DNA from: a virus | IMG/VR virus record: IMGVR_UViG_3300045988_172454 | Reading direction: 5' to 3' (one strand) | Length of the DNA: 12,940 nt | Shown here: in pieces, positions 1-7,830 of the stretch | Layout of the letters: each line of letters opens with the position of its first letter | How positions within the stretch are numbered: the first letter of the stretch is position 1 | The notes under the pieces: model-generated | Database searches by the model: none | Told to the model about the DNA's origin: nothing | Seen by the model: the letters and a program-made list of their open reading frames with translations, nothing else | Position numbers and translations under genes: made by a program

Positions 1-120
1 AAATGCATAACCATAAATACATAAATACATAAATATGTATATACATAAATACATAAATACATAAATACATAAATACATAAATATGTATATACATAAATAC
101 ATAAATATGTATATAAATAT
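1..120. repeat. Left inverted terminal repeat. A 12-bp unique terminus, AAATGCATAACC, is followed by a tandem array of an 8-bp unit (ATAAATAC) and a 16-bp unit (ATAAATATGTATATAC, containing the 14-bp palindrome TATGTATATACATA)
   Basis: Positions 1-30 are the exact reverse complement of 12911-12940. Beyond that the two ends carry similar 8-bp and 16-bp unit arrays with different unit order and number. The genome begins with AAA, as expected for protein-primed sliding-back initiation. Confidence 0.8.
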
Positions 121-145
121 TTATTTAAATATTTACAAATAATTA

Positions 146-174
146 TTGACATTATATTATATATATGTTAATAT
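146..174 (+). promoter_or_regulatory. Sigma-A-type promoter for the late/structural operon: -35 TTGACA (146-151), 17-bp spacer, extended -10 TGtTAATAT (166-174)
   Basis: The -35 hexamer is an exact consensus match. The 17-nt spacer and the TGn-extended -10 lie 18 nt upstream of the first ATG, which has the RBS GAGGTGA at 181-187. Confidence 0.6.
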
Positions 175-191
175 ATACGTGAGGTGATATT

Positions 192-434
192 ATGAAGAAC
201 ATTAACAACACAATTGATAATATACTGATTGCACTTGGTGCAACTTGGAGTTTAGCTAATATTCAAACACTACTTGGCATTATAGTGTTAGTTTTCCAAA
301 TTGTATGGCTTACATTTAAACTAATTGTCAAAATCATAAATAAGATTAAAACAAAGGGTAATTTAGATGAGTTAGACAAAGAAGTTGATAAAATAACTGA
401 TAAGATTAATTCAATAGGTGATGAAGATGAGTAA
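192..434 (+). CDS. Small membrane protein, holin-like (80 aa). It has two predicted hydrophobic helices followed by a Lys-rich and then acidic coiled-coil tail
   Basis: The ORF has a strong RBS (GAGGTGA). The hydrophobic segments ILIALGATWSLANI and LLGIIVLVFQIVWLTFKLIV are followed by KIINKIKTKGN and a C-terminus ending ...DEDE. This topology and size match class II holins, but no lysin partner is evident. Confidence 0.45.
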   Translation: MKNINNTIDNILIALGATWSLANIQTLLGIIVLVFQIVWLTFKLIVKIINKIKTKGNLDELDKEVDKITDKINSIGDEDE

Positions 435-1428
435 CACAATAAATAACCGCAAGGAATGGATTTTAGCAAGTTGTAAAAACGTACTTCAAGATAAAGATTA
501 TTTAATTAAACATATGATACTTCATATGCTTAACAAAACAACAAAAATGTTTAAATATACAGGTTTACCTGACACAATCAATGTAAAAGATTTAGAAACT
601 CAGTTACAAGTAAACGGTTTTGCTATTTGGAAAGAAGTTGAAGGAAAATTATACACATTTACTGGTGGATTAGGCGGTGAACCTAATGTATACTATCTAC
701 CAACTAAAGCTATAATATCAAATCCTGCTCTAAGATATACTGCTTCACTTGAGATAGATAAAGAATGTGTTGTTATGCTTAATGATTATTACTATGACGG
801 ATTAATGCCAATTAATAATAAATACGCTTCATTAATAACTGAAGGTGAATTATCGCTTAAATACGCTATGATAAATGCTAGAATTCCATCATTAGTACAA
901 GCTGATAATGATAATACCGCTGAGTCCGCTAAATCATTTTTTAATAAAATTGAGCGTGGTGAAGATTATGGTATTATTACTTCTAAAGAGTTTTTTGATG
1001 GTATAAAAACACACGATTTTCTAAAGATACAAAATATAAAAGATTTAATAGAAGTAGTACAATATTTAAAAGGTAGTTGGTACAATGAAATTGGTATACG
1101 TTCAACATTCAATATGAAGCGTGAAGCAATCAATAGTAGTGAAAGTTCATTAAATGATGATATATTAAGACCTTTTGTTGATGTTATGTTAGAATGTAGA
1201 AAAAATGCTTTAGAGAAGATTAATAAAATGTTTAATACAAATATAACAGTTGAACTTGATAGTGTATGGCTTTCAACACAAGTTGACGAAGATTTATCAC
1301 AAGATTTAAAAGTGGCTCAAGTAGAACAACTTGAGAAAACTAATGATAAAAAAGAAGAAAATAAAGGTGGTGAAGACAATGAAACTGTGGGAAACCCTGA
1401 CGGACGAAGAGAAAATACAACTGATTAA
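427..1428 (+). CDS. Head-tail connector / portal protein (phi29 gp10-like upper collar). The ORF track starts it at GTG 418; I prefer ATG 427 because of the upstream AGGTGA RBS
   Basis: The segment FKYTGLPDTINVKDLETQLQVNGFAIWKE...GGLGGEPNVY matches, from memory, phi29 gp10 [28 protein letters not shown]...GALSGQRDVY. The size of about 333 aa is also similar to gp10 (309 aa). Confidence 0.7.
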   Translation: MSNTINNRKEWILASCKNVLQDKDYLIKHMILHMLNKTTKMFKYTGLPDTINVKDLETQLQVNGFAIWKEVEGKLYTFTGGLGGEPNVYYLPTKAIISNPALRYTASLEIDKECVVMLNDYYYDGLMPINNKYASLITEGELSLKYAMINARIPSLVQADNDNTAESAKSFFNKIERGEDYGIITSKEFFDGIKTHDFLKIQNIKDLIEVVQYLKGSWYNEIGIRSTFNMKREAINSSESSLNDDILRPFVDVMLECRKNALEKINKMFNTNITVELDSVWLSTQVDEDLSQDLKVAQVEQLEKTNDKKEENKGGEDNETVGNPDGRRENTTD

Positions 1429-2215
1429 TCGTGAAATTGTTGGTATTTTTTCAACAATGATTTTATCAGGTGATGATTATTATTCACTTGCTAATGATTT
1501 ATGTTTAGGGTATTATATGGAGCGGAGCGGACAAAAAACTATATCAAAAACATATCAATTAATGTTAGATACTATTAAAGACAATAAAATTACTAATGAA
1601 ACCGCGGAAAGTTTATTAGGAAAATTAATACGTGGTAAGTATTCTTATAAATGGACTAAGATATACAATGCGTTAATGAATAACGATTATAAAGTATTGG
1701 ATGAATATGCTTCAACTACTATTACTAAAGGTAATAATGTTGATGAAACAAATTATGCTTCTCAAGTTGGAAAAACAGGAGCAAATAAAGATGAAACAAT
1801 TTATAATACTACTAATGAAGATGATGGAACATCAGGTAGTAGTGAAGTTACAACTCGTAATACTGAAAATAATAATGATGTATATGGGTTCAACAGTGTA
1901 TCACCTGTAGCAGCAAACACTAATAATGAAGTAATTACTGAAAAAGTAGAGGGTGAAGCCTCTAAAAATACAACACATAATACATCTACTAAAACAGGAA
2001 CTGACACTAAAAACTTCACTATTGATGAAAATCAATCTAAAACAGGAAAAGATACTATTAATAAAACTATAGATGAAAATGAAAATGTAAATGGACGTTA
2101 CAAAACAGGTGCTGAATTAATTAATAAAGAACTTGATATGCGTGAAAAACAAATACTTTTCAACATATTCTATAGAGATATTGATAGTGTTGTAACTTTA
2201 CAAATATATGAATAA
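1379..2215 (+). CDS. Structural protein, possibly a lower collar / tail tube protein (phi29 gp11-like by position and size). The 294-aa ORF-track version (1331) is an in-frame upstream extension lacking an RBS
   Basis: ATG 1379 is preceded by AGGTGG (1365-1370). The gene follows the portal gene as gp11 follows gp10 in phi29. The protein is 278 aa with a helical N-terminus, a Thr/Asn/Glu-rich low-complexity middle and a conserved-looking C-terminus. Confidence 0.4.
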   Translation: MKLWETLTDEEKIQLINREIVGIFSTMILSGDDYYSLANDLCLGYYMERSGQKTISKTYQLMLDTIKDNKITNETAESLLGKLIRGKYSYKWTKIYNALMNNDYKVLDEYASTTITKGNNVDETNYASQVGKTGANKDETIYNTTNEDDGTSGSSEVTTRNTENNNDVYGFNSVSPVAANTNNEVITEKVEGEASKNTTHNTSTKTGTDTKNFTIDENQSKTGKDTINKTIDENENVNGRYKTGAELINKELDMREKQILFNIFYRDIDSVVTLQIYE

Positions 2216-2230
2216 AGGAGTGATTAAAAA

Positions 2231-2509
2231 ATGCAAAAAGGCGGTTATCAAATAATCGATTTAGAAAATTGGAAGTTTACAACAACTAAAGGTGCTCCTG
2301 TTGCTAAAACACAAAAAGGAGTATATGCCCTTATAAAAGGGACTAGAAAAGTAATAATGTTAAGTGGAATTAATCTTGATGGAAAAGAGTTACACGACAT
2401 TTTCATTGAAGTAACACTAAACACTACTACTTATGAAGCAACAATTTATAGTAATTATAAATTAACAATTACTAATACAGACGTTGTTACAATTGAGGCT
2501 TTAAAATAG
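2231..2509 (+). CDS. Hypothetical small beta-rich protein (92 aa) immediately upstream of the capsid gene. It may be a capsid-associated or decoration protein. It does not look like a helical scaffolding protein
   Basis: The ORF has an AAAGGAG RBS and a Thr/Val/Ile-rich composition. It occupies the position of phi29 gene 7 but with a different character. Confidence 0.45.
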   Translation: MQKGGYQIIDLENWKFTTTKGAPVAKTQKGVYALIKGTRKVIMLSGINLDGKELHDIFIEVTLNTTTYEATIYSNYKLTITNTDVVTIEALK

Positions 2510-2525
2510 AAAGGAGATATAAAAT

Positions 2526-3692
2526 ATGAAAGTAGAACAAGCCTATGAATTTACAAATTATGCAACAAAAGAGGCTATTGGTGAAGTAGTAATTCTTAAA
2601 GAGGATTTATCAAACATAGTTGATGTTGGTGACGCTATTTTTAATGCTAATGCTTATGATAAATACGTTCACGCTTTAGTAAATAGAATTGGTAGAACTA
2701 TATTTGTAAATAGAGTATATCAAGGTAGTGCACCAAGTGTATTAATGGATGGTTGGGAATATGGTTCCGTTTTACAAAAAGTATCAGGTGCATTACCTGA
2801 AGCAAAAGTTAATGAAACGTGGGAATTACAAGACGGACAAAGTTATGACCCACATATCTTCCACGCTCCAAAAGGTATTGTTGTTAAGTTTTATAATGAC
2901 TATGTAACATTTGAAGTTGATATGTCATTTACTGAAGAACAATTAAAGCAAAGCTTTATCAATGCTAATGAGTTAAACGGATTTATAAGTATGCTTTATA
3001 CTCTTGTTGAAAACTCATTAACTGTTAAAATTGATGAATTAATACGTAGAACAATTAACAATATGATTGGTGAAACATTATATGATGATTATGCTTCAGG
3101 TACTGTATTTAATAATAAATCAGGAGCGAAAGCTATTAACTTATTATATTTATATAATCAAACAAAAGCTGAAGCTGACCAATTAACAGCTACAAATTGT
3201 ATCACAAATCCTGATTTTATTCGCTATGCGTCATACATTATCAAATTAACATTTGATAGACTACATACTATGTCAACAATATTTAATATAGGTAATCAAC
3301 CAAGATTTACACCTAAGGACTTATGCCATATTGTACTATTAACTGATTTTGCAAGTGGTGCGGATGTATTTTTACAAAGTGACACTTTCCATAATGAATT
3401 ATCAGCTTTACCAAAGAGTGAGATTGTTTCATATTGGCAAGGTAGTGGAACTGACTTTGGATTTAACAGTGTATCTAAGATAGATATTAAAACTGCTGAT
3501 GGAAATGACGTAGCAACAACGGGTATATTAGGAGTAATGTTTGATAGAAACGCATTAGGTGTATGTAACACACAAAGAAAAGTTACTTCACAATGGACTC
3601 CTAATGCTGAGTTCTTCACAAACTTTTATAAATACAAAGCAGGGTTCTTTAATGATTTAAATGAAAACTTTGTAGTGTTCTTTGTTGCATAA
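2526..3692 (+). CDS. Major capsid protein (phi29 gp8-like)
   Basis: It has the strong RBS AGGAGA with an 8-nt spacer. The segment DKYVHALVNRIGRTIFVNRV resembles phi29 gp8 NDFITSLVDRIGLVVIRQ (recalled from memory). At 388 aa it is the longest non-tail structural ORF and is followed by a hairpin plus T-run. Confidence 0.65.
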   Translation: MKVEQAYEFTNYATKEAIGEVVILKEDLSNIVDVGDAIFNANAYDKYVHALVNRIGRTIFVNRVYQGSAPSVLMDGWEYGSVLQKVSGALPEAKVNETWELQDGQSYDPHIFHAPKGIVVKFYNDYVTFEVDMSFTEEQLKQSFINANELNGFISMLYTLVENSLTVKIDELIRRTINNMIGETLYDDYASGTVFNNKSGAKAINLLYLYNQTKAEADQLTATNCITNPDFIRYASYIIKLTFDRLHTMSTIFNIGNQPRFTPKDLCHIVLLTDFASGADVFLQSDTFHNELSALPKSEIVSYWQGSGTDFGFNSVSKIDIKTADGNDVATTGILGVMFDRNALGVCNTQRKVTSQWTPNAEFFTNFYKYKAGFFNDLNENFVVFFVA

Positions 3693-3700
3693 TTAATTAA

Positions 3701-3748
3701 GTGATAGAAGTAAAGAGTATAAGATTTACTCTATACTCTATCACTTTT
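3701..3748 (+). terminator. Imperfect hairpin plus T-run downstream of the capsid gene, a candidate partial terminator or attenuator. Arms GTGATAG/CTATCAC and AGAGTA/TACTCT, then TTTT
   Basis: The outer 7-bp stem and inner 6-bp stem are followed by TTTTAATATT. It lies between the capsid stop (3692) and the next start (3772). Confidence 0.4.
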
Positions 3749-3771
3749 AATATTAGAAAGGATGTGAAAAA

Positions 3772-5556
3772 ATGGCAAAAGTATTAGATATACAAGAAAT
3801 AACATTACCATCAGCGTTAAATAGTACACAAACAAGTGGATATTATTACAATGGTTATTATTATATTAATACTTATAATAAGATATATAAATATGATTAT
3901 ATTAATAATGTTTTAACTATTTTATATAACAAATCAACTGAGAGTTATTATTGTTTAGGAATAAATGACAATATATATAGTTTTTATTATAATCAAACAG
4001 CAAGACAAGGTGATAATTATGTTTTTAACATTATTTTATATGTTTATAACATCACTAATAATACATATACTGAGCTAGGTAGTTCAAATTGTCCTTTTGT
4101 TGTTTATGGACACGAAATTGTATCTTTAGGTATCAATATGTTTTCATTTGATGGTAAAAAAATATATATATGTAATAGTATGTTTGAATATAAATCAACA
4201 TCAAATGGTTATACAAATTTTTATAGTAGATTAATTTATCATTGTTATAATATTGACACAAATAGTTTTACATATAATACTAAGGGTGGAACGGATAATG
4301 GATATATACCTTGTATAACACAACCTATTATATATAATAATAAATATTATTACAATATGACAAAATATAATGAAATACTAAATAATACATATAATATCTA
4401 TAGAAAAAATTTAGGATTCATAGATGTATTCATTGATAGTTGGGGTGATGAGTTCCTACAAATGAAAAACCTTTCCTCTTTAGATTATGATATAAGATAT
4501 AATGCCATTATGAAAAAAGAAGATGGTATTTATTATTTAATTGGTGGATATCTTAATGATAGTACAGTTAATAGAAAACTATATGAACTTAATTTAACTT
4601 CTCAAACTTTAACTGAGACAACATACGTATTACCTGAAGATTTTAGAGCTGTTAATGCGTGGTTTGTACAAGGTGAAAATGAAGGCTTTATATTTACTAA
4701 AACTAAAGCATATAAGTTTAGTTTTATTGAATATAATAATATTTATAACATTAGTAATAGTAAAGGTGATTTTATATATCAAACATTAACTGAACAATCA
4801 CCAATTAGTAAATTAAAGTTTACACAATCAGGTGATAATATTGGATATAATTTTACAACAATAACAGGTGATGTAACAGGAATATATACTCCACAAATAC
4901 CTAGTGGTTATAAATTAATAGGTTATTCACCTTCACCTAATTCAACAAAAGCAATAATACCTTTAGATACTGAAATTACCTATAATGTATTAGAAGATTT
5001 TACTTTCTATGAAGTGTATGGTAAATATCGTCCTATATATACTCCTTTTAGTATAAAACTTTATCAAAATAAAGCTGAAGCAAATAGAGTAGATAAAACA
5101 AATTATATCACTCTTGTTAAAGAGGTGTTAGGTGTTTTACGTGAGTCAACATCAATAATTGATTTTGCAGTTGTTCTAGAATTAGATACTTTCCCTAATT
5201 TTAACTATGTTTATATAGAAATATTTAATAGATATTACTTTGTAAGTGATATAGTATCCGTTAATAAAAATATATGGGAAGTGTCATTAAGTTGTGATGT
5301 ACTAATGAGTTATAAAGACGCTATTAATGCTTGTACCGGTTTTGTTGATAGAAACGAAAATACTTATAATTTATTAATAGTAGATGATAAATTACCTTTA
5401 AAACAAGGACAAACAATAACTACTGCTTTTGTGAATAATACATTATTTGATGATATTCAAGGAACATATGTTTTACAAGGATTACTTGTTACTCAAGGTG
5501 ATATTGTTACACCTCAAACACAAACAACTGAAACTACAACGAAGGAGGATAAATAA
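3772..5556 (+). CDS. Tail fibre / receptor-binding protein candidate (594 aa). The N-terminal half is extremely Tyr/Asn-rich with Kelch- or beta-propeller-like repeats
   Basis: Repeated Y/N/G motifs include GYYYNGYYYI, IYSFYYNQ, GKKIYICNS and EDGIYYLIGGYLND. Its size is comparable to the phi29 gp9 / appendage class. It is translationally coupled to the next gene by a TAATG overlap. Confidence 0.45.
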   Translation: MAKVLDIQEITLPSALNSTQTSGYYYNGYYYINTYNKIYKYDYINNVLTILYNKSTESYYCLGINDNIYSFYYNQTARQGDNYVFNIILYVYNITNNTYTELGSSNCPFVVYGHEIVSLGINMFSFDGKKIYICNSMFEYKSTSNGYTNFYSRLIYHCYNIDTNSFTYNTKGGTDNGYIPCITQPIIYNNKYYYNMTKYNEILNNTYNIYRKNLGFIDVFIDSWGDEFLQMKNLSSLDYDIRYNAIMKKEDGIYYLIGGYLNDSTVNRKLYELNLTSQTLTETTYVLPEDFRAVNAWFVQGENEGFIFTKTKAYKFSFIEYNNIYNISNSKGDFIYQTLTEQSPISKLKFTQSGDNIGYNFTTITGDVTGIYTPQIPSGYKLIGYSPSPNSTKAIIPLDTEITYNVLEDFTFYEVYGKYRPIYTPFSIKLYQNKAEANRVDKTNYITLVKEVLGVLRESTSIIDFAVVLELDTFPNFNYVYIEIFNRYYFVSDIVSVNKNIWEVSLSCDVLMSYKDAINACTGFVDRNENTYNLLIVDDKLPLKQGQTITTAFVNNTLFDDIQGTYVLQGLLVTQGDIVTPQTQTTETTTKEDK

Positions 5557-6710
5557 TGGCTACTGATAATAAATGGATTAGAGCACAAACTACAGGTTAC
5601 GATACCTCAATGAATGGTAAAGTAGTAATGACTCCAACACAGGTTAATACTTTGTGGAAATGGGTAATGAAAAGTCCTATATCTTCAGCTATATTTGGTG
5701 ATTATACAAAGTGGTGTAGTTCACTAATGTTTTTTCCATTTAATATATCACCTGATGTAACAGCAAATTATAAACTCTCAGTAATGGGTGTACAATCGGA
5801 TGAAATTACTTGTAAAGGATTAATTCCATCCAATGCAATATTTGGATACACTTTAGGTGAATACTTATATCCTTTACCTACTAAATATTTGGATTATGAA
5901 CCTTATACAAAACTTGAAGTGTATCTACCATTTTATGGACTAATTAATTTAAAAATTAGTGATGTTGCCGGTAAATACATTCAATTTAGATTGTTTGTTG
6001 ATTTTAATAGTGGAGTAGCACAATATGTAGTGGGAGTAAATGAAGTAAGTGTATCAAGTCCTAATGCTCCATATTGGATTAATACTGATGATACTAATAC
6101 TAGAATAATTGGTACTTATGTTTTTAATTTAGGATATAACATTCCGATAACTTCAACAGGAATGGCTGAAACAATACGTAATATTTCACTTGCTGTAATA
6201 AAAGGAACAGGTAATATTGCAAGTAGCTATATTGTAGATAAACTAACACCTAATACTACTACAAGTGCAAGTACTACCACTTTTACAAGAAGAAATCCAA
6301 AAACCGGTAGACAAGTGACTATGGGTACTAAACAAGAAGTTGAAACACGTGAAAGATATGATTATGGCACTAACCAAAGAGTAGGTACAGCATTTAATAC
6401 CGCAACAAGTGTATTAGAGGGTTTAAGTTTATCACCTGTTGTTGATAAAGCTAATAATAATATTATCAACAGTTCAACGTGTATGTCCGTTGTCATTATT
6501 AAAAAACAAGTAGTACCAACTATTGATATTACTAGTAGCGAGTATCGCAAACTTTATGGATTACCTTTAGGTGAGTTTAAATTGCTTTCTACAATCACTG
6601 GATACACTGAAATATCTTCAATACATTTAGAAGGTGAAGGATTTAATGAGGCTACTCATAAAGAACTAGCAATGATTAGTGAATTACTTAATGGGGGTAT
6701 TATTTTATAA
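5556..6710 (+). CDS. Putative tail protein (384 aa; tail knob or distal tail component)
   Basis: It has the RBS AAGGAGGA with a 6-nt spacer. It sits between the fibre-like gene and the packaging ATPase with start/stop overlaps on both sides. It is beta-rich and no catalytic motif is recognised. Confidence 0.35.
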   Translation: MATDNKWIRAQTTGYDTSMNGKVVMTPTQVNTLWKWVMKSPISSAIFGDYTKWCSSLMFFPFNISPDVTANYKLSVMGVQSDEITCKGLIPSNAIFGYTLGEYLYPLPTKYLDYEPYTKLEVYLPFYGLINLKISDVAGKYIQFRLFVDFNSGVAQYVVGVNEVSVSSPNAPYWINTDDTNTRIIGTYVFNLGYNIPITSTGMAETIRNISLAVIKGTGNIASSYIVDKLTPNTTTSASTTTFTRRNPKTGRQVTMGTKQEVETRERYDYGTNQRVGTAFNTATSVLEGLSLSPVVDKANNNIINSSTCMSVVIIKKQVVPTIDITSSEYRKLYGLPLGEFKLLSTITGYTEISSIHLEGEGFNEATHKELAMISELLNGGIIL

Positions 6711-7804
6711 TGAAAGAAAAATATTACACACTTAATAACATTCTTACTTATAATGCTGATTATAATATAATATATGGTGAAAGAAGTAATGGTAAAACAA
6801 CAGCAGTTTTGAGATACGCTTTAGAAGATTATATAAAAAGTAATTATATCAATCAACTTGCGATTGTTCGTAGATGGGAAGAAGATTTTAAAGGAAAAAA
6901 CGGAAGTCAAATGTTTGAAAGTATTGTTAATTTGGGATGGGTTGAAGAACTTACTAAAGGTAAATATAACGCTATCTATTACTATTCTCAAAGGTGGTAT
7001 CTAGCATTTTATAATGATGGTGAAAAAACTTTACAAGAAGAAAAACCTTTTGCCTTAGGTTTCTCAATTACTAGTGAAGAACATTATAAATCAACATCAT
7101 ATCCTAATATTAAGAATATATTATTTGATGAGTTTATCACAAGACAATATTATCTACCTGAAGAGTTCGTCAAGTTTCAAAATCTTTTATCAACTCTTAT
7201 TAGGTTAAAGAAAGATGTTAAAATATTTATGTGTGGTAATACGATAAATAAATACTGTCCATACTTTGCGGAAATGGGTTTATCAGGTGTTAAAAAACAA
7301 GTTAAAGGAACGATTGATTTATACACATATGGTGAAAGTACATTAAAAGTTGCTGTTGAATATAGTGACTTTCCATCTAAGAAAAAAGCAAGTAATAAAT
7401 ACTTTGCTTTCAATAATCCTAAATTACAAATGATAACTCACGGTGGATGGGAAATTGATATTTACCCTCACTTACCGCATAAATACCTTCCAAAAGATAT
7501 ATTATATCAATTCTTTATTCTTTTTGATAATGAAAAATTACACGGTAATATAATAAGTGTAGATGATACAATTTTTCTATATATTCATAGGAAAACAACA
7601 CCTATTAAAGAGAATAGTGAATACCTTATCTATCAACAACAACCTGATTACAGGCGAAATTATAGAACCAATATTTTAAAACCTTATAGTAAAGTTGATA
7701 AATATATCACAAATCTAATAGTTAATAAAAAAATCTTTTATCAAGATAATGAAGTTGGTGAGATTATGAATAACTATTTGAAATGGTGTATTTCAGGTAA
7801 ATAA
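6710..7804 (+). CDS. DNA packaging (encapsidation) ATPase, phi29 gp16-like
   Basis: Walker A GERSNGKT corresponds to phi29 GARGIGKS. Walker B ILFDEF corresponds to phi29 IVFDEF. Its 364 aa compare with about 332 for gp16, and it is the last gene of the + unit as in phi29. Confidence 0.85.
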   Translation: MKEKYYTLNNILTYNADYNIIYGERSNGKTTAVLRYALEDYIKSNYINQLAIVRRWEEDFKGKNGSQMFESIVNLGWVEELTKGKYNAIYYYSQRWYLAFYNDGEKTLQEEKPFALGFSITSEEHYKSTSYPNIKNILFDEFITRQYYLPEEFVKFQNLLSTLIRLKKDVKIFMCGNTINKYCPYFAEMGLSGVKKQVKGTIDLYTYGESTLKVAVEYSDFPSKKKASNKYFAFNNPKLQMITHGGWEIDIYPHLPHKYLPKDILYQFFILFDNEKLHGNIISVDDTIFLYIHRKTTPIKENSEYLIYQQQPDYRRNYRTNILKPYSKVDKYITNLIVNKKIFYQDNEVGEIMNNYLKWCISGK

Positions 7805-7830
7805 AAAAGATAGTAGAAATACTATCTTTT
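7805..7830. terminator. Bidirectional intrinsic terminator between the convergent ATPase and polymerase genes: AAAAGATAGTA-GAAA-TACTATCTTTT
   Basis: A perfect 9-11 bp stem (7805-7815 pairs with 7820-7830) carries a GAAA tetraloop. A T-run follows on the + strand (TTTTATTTAT) and a U-run on the - strand (complement of AAAAAA 7803-7808). It overlaps the last codons of the polymerase gene. Confidence 0.7.

Noticed and set aside
1-130. Tandem short repeats resembling a CRISPR array
   Set aside because: The units are 8 bp and 16 bp and directly abutting, with no unique spacers. They are mirrored as inverted terminal repeats at the other genome end.
263-469. 68-aa minus-strand ORF nested antisense to the 80-aa gene
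   Set aside because: It lies entirely inside a better-supported + ORF, has no RBS, and its hydrophobic composition mirrors the complement of a membrane protein.
1331-1378. Upstream extension of the 294-aa ORF (MRKLMIKKKKIKVVKT)
   Set aside because: It has no RBS, lies in the A-rich end of the portal gene, and the ATG at 1379 has a good AGGTGG RBS.
1701-2019. 69-aa + ORF and 72-aa - ORF inside the 1379-2215 gene
   Set aside because: They are alternative-frame and antisense ORFs in a low-complexity A-rich region, with no RBS, and are typical AT-rich artefacts.
3296-3619. 107-aa minus-strand ORF inside the capsid gene
   Set aside because: It is antisense to a well-supported capsid gene and has no RBS.
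6362-7413. 62-aa and 78-aa minus-strand ORFs inside the tail-protein and ATPase genes
   Set aside because: They are antisense to strongly supported genes and have no translation signals.
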